Source: Salinispira sp. (GTDB lineage: Bacteria; Spirochaetota; Spirochaetia; DSM-27196; Salinispiraceae). From it: 64,000 nucleotides of DNA. The notes under the pieces were generated by a model, which was given only the letters and a program-made list of their open reading frames with translations, was not told the origin of the DNA and did not search any database. Location of the stretch: contig CBDDDG010000001.1 of assembly GCA_965226555.1 (NCBI GenBank), positions 1 to 64,000 on the forward strand. Direction: 5' to 3'. Positions 50,660 to 60,679 of the stretch are shown one piece after another (positions within the stretch are counted from its first letter, which is position 1; every line of letters starts with the position of its first letter). Both the position numbers and the translations under genes were made by a program.

Positions 50660-53600
50660 ATGAGCGGTCGAATACTGGACAACAGGAAGAGAAGGGTTGG
50701 GGATTTTCTGCGGGAAAACATTGTCGGGGGGACTTCGCTTGACATTGTGTCTGCCTATTTCTCAATTTATGCCTATGAGGCGCTGCAGAGTGAATTGGCA
50801 GGCATTGATTCGCTGCGGTTTTTATTTGGCGACCCGGCATCTGTGAACACAGTCGATCCGCAGGACGGTCAGGCTGCCGCCTTCTCGCTCAATGATGAAG
50901 GCATTGCGCTGGAAAATGTTCTCAGGAAAAAGCCGGTTGCGGCTTCCTGCGCCAAATGGATTCGTAACAAGGCAGAACTGCGTACAATTCGCCGCGCCAA
51001 TTTTCTGCACGGGAAAATGTATTCCTGCGCGCCGCCCGGCGGCCCCCGCGCGGCTGTTATGGGCAGTTCAAATTTTACGGCGCGCGGGCTTGGGTTCACA
51101 CGAAACAGCAACATTGAATTGAACATGCAGGTTGATGATGCCGCCTGCGCCGAGCTCAGCGAGTGGTTTGAAGAACTGTGGAACAGCCCCGACGTCCGTG
51201 ACGCCAAACAGGAAGTTCTGGAAGCGCTGGAAAAATTAACAAAAGATTACGCACCCGCAGATCTGTACTTTAAATCGCTGCTGCATATTTTTCAGGAAAA
51301 GCTGGAAGACCGCCGTGACCGTGAGAAACTCATTGGCGATACGAATCTTTTCGATACAGACATATGGAAACACCTGTATGAGTTTCAGCGGCACGGGGTA
51401 ACTGGCGCCATTAACCGCCTAGAGGACTACGGGGGCTGCATTATTGCCGACAGCGTTGGCCTCGGTAAAACATTTGAGGCCCTTGCAATTATTAAGTTTT
51501 ATGAACTGCGGGGCAAACGGGTGCTGGTGCTCTGTCCTAAACGGCTGTCGGCAAACTGGCTGCTTTATCCGGCAGCGGAGGCGCAAAAGGGCAACCCCTT
51601 CCTGCGCGATAATTTTTCTTATACCTGCCTCGCTCATACCGATTTAACGCGGAAAACCGGCGCCGCCGGAAATGTTCACGAATTGGGGCAACTCAACTGG
51701 GGCATTTTCGATGTGGTGGTCATTGACGAATCGCATAATTTTCGCAGAGACTCGCGCGATTCATACAATGAACAAACCGGAAAATGGCGCCTCAGCCGGT
51801 ACGACAACCTCCTGCGACGCATTATTGCAAAATCCGACTCCCGGAACGCCAAAGTGCTCATGTTGTCTGCCACTCCGGTCAACACCTCGCTGCTTGATCT
51901 TAAAAATCAGGTGTATGTAATAACCAACAGAAAAGACGATTCGTTTCGGGAGAATCTCGGCATCGGCAACATCAAAACCCTCTTTCATCAGGCAGCCAGA
52001 GATGTAGAAAAATGCGGGAACAATAAAACAAAAATTCTGCGCGCCCTCGATGGTGATTTCATGCGCCTCTTAGACGCCCTCAGCATTGCCCGCTCGCGGC
52101 GGCATGTGAAGGAATATTATCCTCAATTCATTAAGGAATACGGCGATTTTCCTGTTCATGACCCCCCCCAGAATGTTTATGCCTCCACCGACTCAGAGAA
52201 AATACTGTCTTATAAGGATATGAGCAGCCGTATTGGTGAATTCAACCTTGCCATTTATAACCCCTCGGAATTTGTAAAAGACACGAGAACACTGGAAGAG
52301 ACCAGAAAGCAGACGAAGATGGACCAGCGCGATCGTGAGCGGTACCTTATTTCCATGATGCGGGTTAATTTTATGAAGCGGCTGGAAAGCTCGGTGTATT
52401 CGTTCTGCCTCACGCTGAAGCGAATCATTGGTAAAATGGATGAGCAAATACGAAAGATTCACGAGTTTCAGGACAGAGACAGAGATAGCGCGGTGAATAA
52501 TACTGCGGATGCGGAGGACTTTAACGATGAAGATGAATGGAGTATAGGGGAAGGGGAGCGGAAATATCATCTGCGCGATCTGAATGCGGATGAATGGCTG
52601 ACTGCCATAACCCGGGACCGGGAAACCTTACGCGGAGCGCTGGCGCGGGCAGAGCAGGTGACACCGGAACGGGACGAGAAACTGCGCCGCCTGCGCGACA
52701 TTCTTACCCAAAAAATAGAGCACCCAACTCTGGACAAAAACGGCAGACCCAACCGCAAGGTTTTAATTTTTACTTCATATTCCGACACGGCAGAGTATGT
52801 GTACACTAACCTTGACAGCCTGCGGGATCGGCATAGTGTTAATATGGCGCGTGTGGCCGGCGGAGATAAGACTAGCAGCAGCGCAGGCAGCGGAAAATTT
52901 ATTGACATTCTCAATGCCTTCTCGCCGCGGGCGCGCAATGCGGAGGCACATGGCGGGGAAATAGACATTCTCATCGGCACCGACTGTATTTCCGAAGGGC
53001 AGAACCTGCAGGACTGCGACATGGTCGTTAACTACGACATTCACTGGAACCCTGTGCGCATTGTGCAGCGATTTGGACGCATTGACCGGCTTGGCAGTCA
53101 GAACAAAAGCGTGCGCATGGTTAACTTCTGGCCCACTGCCGATTTGGACTCCTATCTTAACCTCAAAAGCCGCGTGCTGCACCGTATGATACTTTCCGAT
53201 ATAACAGCTTCCGGCGGCGGTTATGCGCTGGATGCATCATCGAATACACGTGAAGAAAACCCTGCCCTGCAGCGGGAACTCGATTTCCGCGCCGAACAAC
53301 TGCGGCGGCTGACGGAGGAAGTGCTTAATCTGGACGATATGGAAGATGGATTGTCGATGAGCGATTTAACCTTAGATGATTTTCTGGCGGAATTGATGGC
53401 GTATCTTGAAGCAAACCGTGAAAAACTGGAGGCCATACCGAACGGTGTGTATGCCGTTGCCGACAGCACAGCGAAATCTGGCCGCAGCCCCAGCAACCCC
53501 CGCGGCTCCCGCAGCCCCGGCAGCCCCGGCAGCCCCGGCGCCGACAAAGCCGCGCAGCCGGGCGTGATATTCTGCCTCAGGCAGCGCAATGCCGATACCG

Positions 53601-53950
53601 CGAAGGAGCGCGCCGTCAACAACGCCATTCATCCGTATTATCTGCTGTATGTGCGCGACAGCGGCGAGGTGTATTGCAATTATGCCAATGCCAAGGAGGT
53701 CATGAGTTTGTTTGGCGCGCTCTGCCGAAATGTACGGGAACCCATTGCCCGCCTGTGCCGCGAAGTGAGGATTGAAACCGACTCTTCGCCCTATAATGAA
53801 CTGGCAAAAAAAGCGATTAGCGCTGTGCTGAAAGGACACCAGAATGCCGACATGGCACATCTGCGAAAAGGACAACTGGCAACGAGGGAGAAGCACAAAC
53901 CCACATCGGCAGATGACTTTGAACTTATTACCTGGTTGATTATCACATAA
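50660..53950 (+). CDS. PLD-nuclease + SNF2-family helicase
   Basis: LHGKMY...GSSNFT (PLD), ADSVGLGKT, IDESH, LSATP, SEGQNLQ, QRFGRIDR. Confidence 0.92.
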   Translation: MSGRILDNRKRRVGDFLRENIVGGTSLDIVSAYFSIYAYEALQSELAGIDSLRFLFGDPASVNTVDPQDGQAAAFSLNDEGIALENVLRKKPVAASCAKWIRNKAELRTIRRANFLHGKMYSCAPPGGPRAAVMGSSNFTARGLGFTRNSNIELNMQVDDAACAELSEWFEELWNSPDVRDAKQEVLEALEKLTKDYAPADLYFKSLLHIFQEKLEDRRDREKLIGDTNLFDTDIWKHLYEFQRHGVTGAINRLEDYGGCIIADSVGLGKTFEALAIIKFYELRGKRVLVLCPKRLSANWLLYPAAEAQKGNPFLRDNFSYTCLAHTDLTRKTGAAGNVHELGQLNWGIFDVVVIDESHNFRRDSRDSYNEQTGKWRLSRYDNLLRRIIAKSDSRNAKVLMLSATPVNTSLLDLKNQVYVITNRKDDSFRENLGIGNIKTLFHQAARDVEKCGNNKTKILRALDGDFMRLLDALSIARSRRHVKEYYPQFIKEYGDFPVHDPPQNVYASTDSEKILSYKDMSSRIGEFNLAIYNPSEFVKDTRTLEETRKQTKMDQRDRERYLISMMRVNFMKRLESSVYSFCLTLKRIIGKMDEQIRKIHEFQDRDRDSAVNNTADAEDFNDEDEWSIGEGERKYHLRDLNADEWLTAITRDRETLRGALARAEQVTPERDEKLRRLRDILTQKIEHPTLDKNGRPNRKVLIFTSYSDTAEYVYTNLDSLRDRHSVNMARVAGGDKTSSSAGSGKFIDILNAFSPRARNAEAHGGEIDILIGTDCISEGQNLQDCDMVVNYDIHWNPVRIVQRFGRIDRLGSQNKSVRMVNFWPTADLDSYLNLKSRVLHRMILSDITASGGGYALDASSNTREENPALQRELDFRAEQLRRLTEEVLNLDDMEDGLSMSDLTLDDFLAELMAYLEANREKLEAIPNGVYAVADSTAKSGRSPSNPRGSRSPGSPGSPGADKAAQPGVIFCLRQRNADTAKERAVNNAIHPYYLLYVRDSGEVYCNYANAKEVMSLFGALCRNVREPIARLCREVRIETDSSPYNELAKKAISAVLKGHQNADMAHLRKGQLATREKHKPTSADDFELITWLIIT

Positions 53951-56900
53951 CAAAAAAATAACGAGAGAATAACGAGAGAATAACGGAAAAATAGCGCGAA
54001 CGCAGAGGAAAGAAGACGAATGGAAGATCGGGAAGAAATACAAATACGAAAGCGCAAAATTGTGAATGCGCTGAAAGAACTGGCGGCAGCTCCGCGGCTG
54101 CATGACTCCGCCCGCGCCTTTTATGCCGCAATGGGCTATGAAAGCGATATTCAGCCCGAATTGCCCAATGATAGCCCTGAGGTGTTCTTTCAGGAATTCC
54201 TGCCTGTTAACAATTCCTTCGGCATTTCAAGCGGAGAGCAGACCCAGAAGACCCGGAGCGAAAAGGAGACCACTGAGGCCATTCGGTCTCTGCGCATTGT
54301 TTTTCAACTGGGGGCTGAACACATAACAGAGCACATAACAGAGCAGTCTGCCCTTCCAACACTTCCCGCGCATTCTCCGGCGAATACATTTACGGCCGGG
54401 CGGCATACATCTTTTTTGTTTATTGCGGCAGATCTGAAAGATACGGCGCATTCAACCTATTCCCGCAGCAGGTATGCGAATATGACCCGGGAAATAAGCA
54501 GGCGTTTTCCAATGCCGGTTTTTGTTCTTTTCCGCTGCGGCAGGTTTGTTTCGCTGGCCTTTGCCGATCGCCGCGACAGCAGGAGGCCGGGAGATAATGA
54601 TCGGGAAGTGCTGGGCAAAGTGTCTCTGGCGCGTGAAATTGATTGTCAGAATCCTCATGCGGGACATATTCACATTCTCGCTGCCCTGTCTCTGCCATCC
54701 CGCCTGAAATGGATACAGAGCAATAAGGAACAGCAGGATTTTGAGGGTCTGCGCAGGGCCCTGCTCAGCGAACTGAATTCCGAGGAGCTGAACAAAAGGT
54801 TTTACAATGACCTCTTTGCGTGGTTTGAATGGGCGAGTCAGGAGGCGCGGTTCCCGCAGCGGCAGCATTACACACAGCCTGTTGAAAGACACATTATTCG
54901 CCTTATTACCCGCATGCTATTTATTTGGTTTCTGAAAGAAAAAAACCTTGTTGCCAATGAATTATTCACCCAAACATCCGCCGCGCAACTGCTCAAAAAC
55001 TTTGATATTGAGCATGGCGCCGATTTTTACCGGGCCATTTTGCAGAATTTGTTTTTTGCCGTCCTCAACACCGAAATTGGCCAGCGCGCATTCAGCGAAA
55101 AATCGAACAACACACACCGCAATTTTAATTGTTACCGCTATGCCGATTTACTGAATGACGGGAAAGAATTGCGCCGTTTAATGGACAGAACGCCCTTTAT
55201 TAATGGGGGCTTGTTCGATTGTCTGGACAGCATAGATGCAACGGGCGACGGCGGCTACCGTCTGGACTGCTTTACCGACAACAAGGAGCATCGCAAAAAT
55301 TTATGTGTCCCCGACAAGTTGTTTTTTGACCCCGAGCGCGGGCTCCTGCCCTTATTCAGCAAATACAAATTCACGGTGGAAGAAAACACACCCATTGATC
55401 AGGATGTGGCATTAGACCCCGAGCTGCTGGGCAGGGTTTTTGAGAACCTGCTCGCCGCCTGTGTGCCGGAAACACACGAAAACGCCCGCAAGAAAACAGG
55501 TTCCTATTACACGCCTCGCGCGGTTGTCGATTACATGGTCAATGAATCGCTCCTTGCGTATGTATCTGAAAATGTCAGTCCTGAAGATGGGGACGCGGCT
55601 TTCTGGCAGGATCGGCTCAGGTATCTGTTAGATTATGCGGATGCCTTTAACGATGCGCAGGGCTTATTTAAAAAGCAGGAGAGGGAGGACATTGTGCATG
55701 CCATTGCCGATGTTAAGACGCTCGACCCGGCGGTCGGCAGCGGCGCCTTCCCCATGGGTATGCTGCATAAACTGGTTCTGGTGTTGTCGAGGTTGGATGA
55801 TGATAATGCGCTATGGCGGAACATACAAAAGGAGAGAGCAAAACAGCGCGCGGCAGATGCCTTTGACCACGAAACCAATGCGCAGCAACGCCGGGAACGC
55901 CTGCAGGAAATTAACGATACGTTTGAAAGCTACTCCTCCGATTTCGGGCGCAAACTTCTTCTTATTCAAAACAGCATTTTCGGGGTGGATATTCAACCGG
56001 TGGCATGCCAAATTGCCAAACTGCGGGTATTCATTTCTCTGGTAATTGAGCAGGAAGCAAGCACCAACAAAAACGAAAACTACGGCATTAAACCCCTTCC
56101 CAATTTGGAGACGCGCTTTGTGGCTGCCAATTCACTTCTGGGGCTGGGCCAAAAGAACGAAGCTTTTGATCTTATTGGCAATGAGGGAAAGAACATTCAA
56201 AAGGAACTCAAAAACATTATGGAGCGCCACTTTAACGCGCATACGCGGCGGGAAAAGTTGAAATACATTGCGCAGTTTAAGGAAAAACAAAGGGCGCTCG
56301 CCAACGAATTGAAAGAAATTGGGTTTGGAAAATATGAGGCAGACAAAATTGCCCAGTGGAATCCCTACGATCTCAGCAGCCCCGCCGACTGGTTTGACCC
56401 TGAATATATGTTTGGCGAAAAAGATGGCTTCGACATTGTCATTGGCAACCCGCCATATGTGCGGCAGGAGCGTATTACAGAATACAAACCACAATTCAGG
56501 AAAATCTACGAAGATACCTATGCAGGCACTGCCGATATGTATGTGTATTTTTATGAAGCGGGCATGAAACTTCTCAACAGCAGGGGACATCTCTGCTACA
56601 TTACTTCAAATAAATGGATGCGGGCAAAGTACGGAGAAAAACTCCGCCATTTTCTGAAGAAAAAGGCTCACATTGAACAAATTATTGATTTTGGAGGCCA
56701 GCAAATTTTTGAGGCTACCGTCGACACCAACATTCTCCTCTGCTGCAAAAGCACTGTCCACGCATCCCCCCATTTTTCCTACGGCTCCCACCTGCCCGCC
56801 CCGAAGCGCCCGCTGTACACCATGCCGCATACTGATCTGGACGCCACAGCCTACATTCTGCAACCGCCACCTGTTCTTGCCCTCAAAAAGAAAATAGAAG

Positions 56901-57372
56901 CAGTGGGTACGCCCCTGAAAGAGTGGGATGTAAATATTTATTTTGGTATTAAGACAGGCTATAACGAAGCCTTTATTATTGACACCGCCACACGCGATGA
57001 GCTCATTGCCCAAGATCCGAAAAGCGCGGAAATTATAAAACCCATTTTACGGGGGAGAGATATTCAAGCCTATGAAGCTCATTGGGCGGGACTGTGGATC
57101 ATTGCAACATTCCCCGTTCTGAACATAAACATTGATAATTATGTTGCCGTTAAAAATCATTTATTGACCTTTGGTAAAAATCGTCTGGAACAATCGGGGA
57201 TGACAACTAATGGCATAAAAGCCCGTAAAAAGACACATAATAAATGGTTTGAGACACAGGACCAAATTGCTTACTACCCTGAATTTGAGAAAGAAAAAAT
57301 TGCATGGCAAAGGGTTACGCAAGAACCTATGTTTTGTTTAGTTGAGCCAAATATTTATATCCAAGATAGTAT

Positions 57373-58825
57373 GAGACCATTGCATAATCCATGGTTTTAT
57401 TGATGTAGGGAAGGATGATAAAAAATTTGAGATAAAGTGATGGGATGATGCGGGAAAAACGGGGTGATAACACCATCTGAGTGCCTGCAAAGGATCGCAT
57501 TTCGCTCATTTTCGACCGTTTCTCCGCTGGTTTTCGTCTTTCGGGCGTCTGTTGCCGGTCGGCTTCTGCCGTTTGTCCCGAATGCGGTCGCTAAGCCGCC
57601 CATTTTCCCTGTTTCTGCAATTCCAAAATCTTCGGTACCCGTTTCAAATTATACGCAATAGCAGACAACAGATGTTGCGTATGCGCTTTTGCTATCCCGA
57701 CATAGCGGGTTCTCCCCCCGCCAAACCATTGGTGCATTCCTCCGAATGTGCGTTCTATTTTGTACCGTCCGCGCTGTATCTCTTTGTTCCTCAGTTTCTG
57801 CTCCGCGGTCAATTGCTTCTTCTTCTCACCCTTCTTCGCTCTGGCTACCTTCCACATAATGCCGTCTTTCAGCTTTCTCTTCTTCAGCGCCGCTCGGTTC
57901 TTCGTGCTTGTATATCCTTTGTCCGCCTGCACTTCTACGTTCTCATCCAATTGCCCCTTATCGAGTAGCGTTTCAAACACCGTACTGTCATGGACATTCG
58001 CCGGGGTGGTCTCGACCGCTACCATAAGCCCATTGTCATCGGCAAGACAATGCTTCTTCGCTCCAAAATGAAATTCCCCATTCTTTTTCGTCCACCTCAT
58101 ATCGGTATCTACTCTGTCCGCAAACTTCTCCGGTTCCCGCTCTAAGGATTTATTATCCGATTGAGCGCATTCATCACTGTCTGTGCGATCAACGATCCCG
58201 CGGGGTTTTCTCGGACTTCTGGTAATGCTCGCATCAACTTTAACCGCTTTCTTAATCATAATCCCCCGCGTTTCAAGCTGTCGGTTTATTTCATTAAGCA
58301 GTCGGTCAAAGATTCCCGCTTTCGTCATGGCTGTGCGAAAACGGCTGAGAACACTGTGATCCGGCACATCATCTTCCACAATAAGACCGCAGAAATTCGA
58401 TGCTCCCATGCTGTCATTCACCATATCTTCCACACCATAATCGCTGAGATCATTCCACATTCCCAATAGAAGCATTTTGAACAGCAGCAGGCCAGGGTAG
58501 GCAGCCCTGCCGACCGCGCTGCTTCCTCGGGTATCGTGTTCTGTAATAATTTCCTCAATGGGCTTCCAGTCGATAATCTGGTCAATTTTCCGATAGAAGG
58601 TGTTTTTCCGTGTACGTCTTTCCATACTGTCTGCGACAAATGACATAGTGTGCTCCTGAGATTTGATCATGGTAAGGATCATAACATATATATGAGGACT
58701 GATTACAGCCAGAAAGCAAAAAATCGAAAGAAAAATTCAAAAAAGTTCATATGGGATGTTGACACTCTGGATAAATGAACGGTACTATAATATCACCGAT
58801 GAGACTGTTGCCATGCAATGATCTC
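57373..58825 (-). mobile_element. IS5-family element, 5-bp target duplication
   Basis: IR GAGACCATTGCAT / ATGCAATGATCTC; AGTAT at 57368-57372 and 58826-58830. Confidence 0.92.
57591..58682 (-). CDS. IS5-family transposase
   Basis: GRAAYP..LFKMLLL, PDHSVLSRFR, VDAS, ANVHDS, ADKGY, RYKIERTFG. Confidence 0.93.
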   Translation of the reverse strand: MILTMIKSQEHTMSFVADSMERRTRKNTFYRKIDQIIDWKPIEEIITEHDTRGSSAVGRAAYPGLLLFKMLLLGMWNDLSDYGVEDMVNDSMGASNFCGLIVEDDVPDHSVLSRFRTAMTKAGIFDRLLNEINRQLETRGIMIKKAVKVDASITRSPRKPRGIVDRTDSDECAQSDNKSLEREPEKFADRVDTDMRWTKKNGEFHFGAKKHCLADDNGLMVAVETTPANVHDSTVFETLLDKGQLDENVEVQADKGYTSTKNRAALKKRKLKDGIMWKVARAKKGEKKKQLTAEQKLRNKEIQRGRYKIERTFGGMHQWFGGGRTRYVGIAKAHTQHLLSAIAYNLKRVPKILELQKQGKWAA

Positions 58826-59215
58826 AGTATGGCATTTATTACTACAAGGCAAAATGTACGGTATTTAATAGCCGTCCTTAACTCTCAATTAATTAAAGCC
58901 TTGGTTGAAATGTTTGTACATAAATATGGCGATTCAGGTTATCTACTATCTAATCAATATGTAGAACGCCTCCCCATTCCACAAATTCCCGAGGAAGCGC
59001 AGCAGCCGTTTATTCATCTGGCTAATGAAATAATTGCGGGCAAACAAAACAACACCAACACCACAGCCTTAGAGCAGGAAATAAACACGCTCGTTTATGC
59101 CCTGTACGAACTGACGGATGATGAAATAGCCATAGTGGAAAAAGTAGCAAAACAGCAAAGACATTAACCCGCATTTCTCACCAATATTGATCTTATGCTG
59201 GGGATGTAAGATAAT

Positions 59216-59240
59216 GAGACTGTTGCCGGGCAATAATCTC
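59216..59240. repeat. 25-bp palindrome matching the IS5 end at 58801-58825
   Basis: GAGACTGTTGCCGGGCAATAATCTC versus GAGACTGTTGCCATGCAATGATCTC; TAAT on both sides. Confidence 0.7.
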
Positions 59241-59248
59241 TAATTATA

Positions 59249-60588
59249 GAAACCTTTGCACATCATCGGGAATAATGGTATTTTGAAGAAAATTCACACA
59301 GAGAGCTGGGAATGAGCAATCGGGTTGTATTGTGCGCTGTCCGGCGCTGAAACAGGAGAACGCAATGGGAAATAATTGGAAAGAACATCATGGATCGCTG
59401 ATCAATCAGGGTATTCAGGAAAGTAAAGCGCTGAAACGCTTCGATAGTCTGTATGAACTGATCAATTGGAAGGAAATTGGGGAGATGCTCTGTGCTATCA
59501 ACAACAAATCGATGGGCGCGAAAGGATATCATCCGGTTATGATGTTCAAAGTGCTGTTGCTGCAATCGTGGCAGAATCTCAGCGATGAAGGCATGGAAAA
59601 TGCGCTTGCCTGCGACTTGGCATACAAGCGTTTTGTGGGGCTCAATGTTCTCGATGATACTCCCGATCATTCCACGATATGGCGGTTTCGGGAACAACTG
59701 ACCCGTAAGAATATTCTCAGCGCGCTCTTGGACACGGTGAATGCGCAGTTGGACACGCAGGATTGTGAAGTGCACCGGGGCACAGTCAGCATAATTGATG
59801 CGAGTGTCATACAGGCTTCGCGGCATCGGAAGAAAAAAAATGACGCAGGAGAATCGACACAGGATCCTGAAGCGGCCTACGCGAGTAAGAGGGGAGGCGA
59901 TGGAACGGTACGAACAACCTACGGTTTCAAGATACACGTGACGGTAAATGAGAAGGGACGGGCGAAGAAACTGCTGGTGACTGCGGCCAATATTCATGAC
60001 AGCAAACTATTTGGCGAATTGATTATGGGAAATGAGACGGTGGTGTACGCGGATGCCGCGTACCGGAGTAAAGCGATTGCTGCGATGCTTGAGGAGATGG
60101 GCATAGAGAATCAGATACATGAGCGGGCGTATCGGAACACACCGTTAACCGATGAACAGAAGCAGGCGAATTACGGGCGGTCGCGCGTAAGGAATACGGT
60201 GGAGCGGTTTTTTGGTCTGAGCAAACTCCATTGCGGCGCAAGAAAGGCGCGGTATATGGGAGTTCAGAGGAATCAGAGTCGGTTTATGTGTATGGCGATT
60301 ATGTATAATCTGAAACAGATGATCGGCATGAAACGGCGAATGGGGAACATGGCGCTGGAAAACTCTGCGGTTGCGGCATAACAACAGGATAGCTGTGCCC
60401 TTATGGCGGTACTGCTGCCGGAAATGAGGGAAATACTGAAAAAAGATGAAAAAAAGAACGAATATAGCGCGTATCGCGCCGAAAAAAGACGGAGGATGCT
60501 GAAGAGAATAACGTGAAAAACGATGAATAATTTTTTCTGCGTGGAAAAAAGACTACCGGCAGATATAATGGAGTTATTCAAAGGTTTC
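59249..60588 (+). mobile_element. IS5-family element, 5-bp target duplication
   Basis: IR GAAACCTTTG / CAAAGGTTTC; TTATA at 59244-59248 and 60589-60593. Confidence 0.92.
59365..60381 (+). CDS. IS5-family transposase
   Basis: MFKVLLLQ, PDHSTIWRFR, IDAS, DPEA, YGFK.H, ANIHDS, YADAAY, RNTVERFFG; RBS AGGAG. Confidence 0.93.
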   Translation: MGNNWKEHHGSLINQGIQESKALKRFDSLYELINWKEIGEMLCAINNKSMGAKGYHPVMMFKVLLLQSWQNLSDEGMENALACDLAYKRFVGLNVLDDTPDHSTIWRFREQLTRKNILSALLDTVNAQLDTQDCEVHRGTVSIIDASVIQASRHRKKKNDAGESTQDPEAAYASKRGGDGTVRTTYGFKIHVTVNEKGRAKKLLVTAANIHDSKLFGELIMGNETVVYADAAYRSKAIAAMLEEMGIENQIHERAYRNTPLTDEQKQANYGRSRVRNTVERFFGLSKLHCGARKARYMGVQRNQSRFMCMAIMYNLKQMIGMKRRMGNMALENSAVAA

Positions 60589-60679
60589 TTATAATATTCT
60601 GCGTATTCTACTACCGACGGGGACTCCCGCTGGCTACAGTGACGCAGGCAAAACCGCAGACGTATGGAGGAAATTCGCC

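Larger units (their letters stand above)
54020..59167 (+). pseudogene. Type IIG (Eco57I/TaqI-C-like) restriction-modification enzyme split by IS5
   Basis: PFINGGLF, LGRVFENL, TGSYYTP, DPAVGSGAF, GNPPY; removing the IS plus one AGTAT gives in-frame IQDSMAFITT...LNS...EINTLVYALYEL. Confidence 0.92.

Noticed and set aside
53947..53996. AATAACGAGAG short repeats between the helicase and IIG genes
   Set aside because: Only two to three degenerate units; treated as simple slippage.
60600..60670. c-di-GMP-I riboswitch upstream of FRG-TPR
   Set aside because: Only a GCAAAACC-like fragment; the P2/P3 stems and GNRA tetraloop could not be built.
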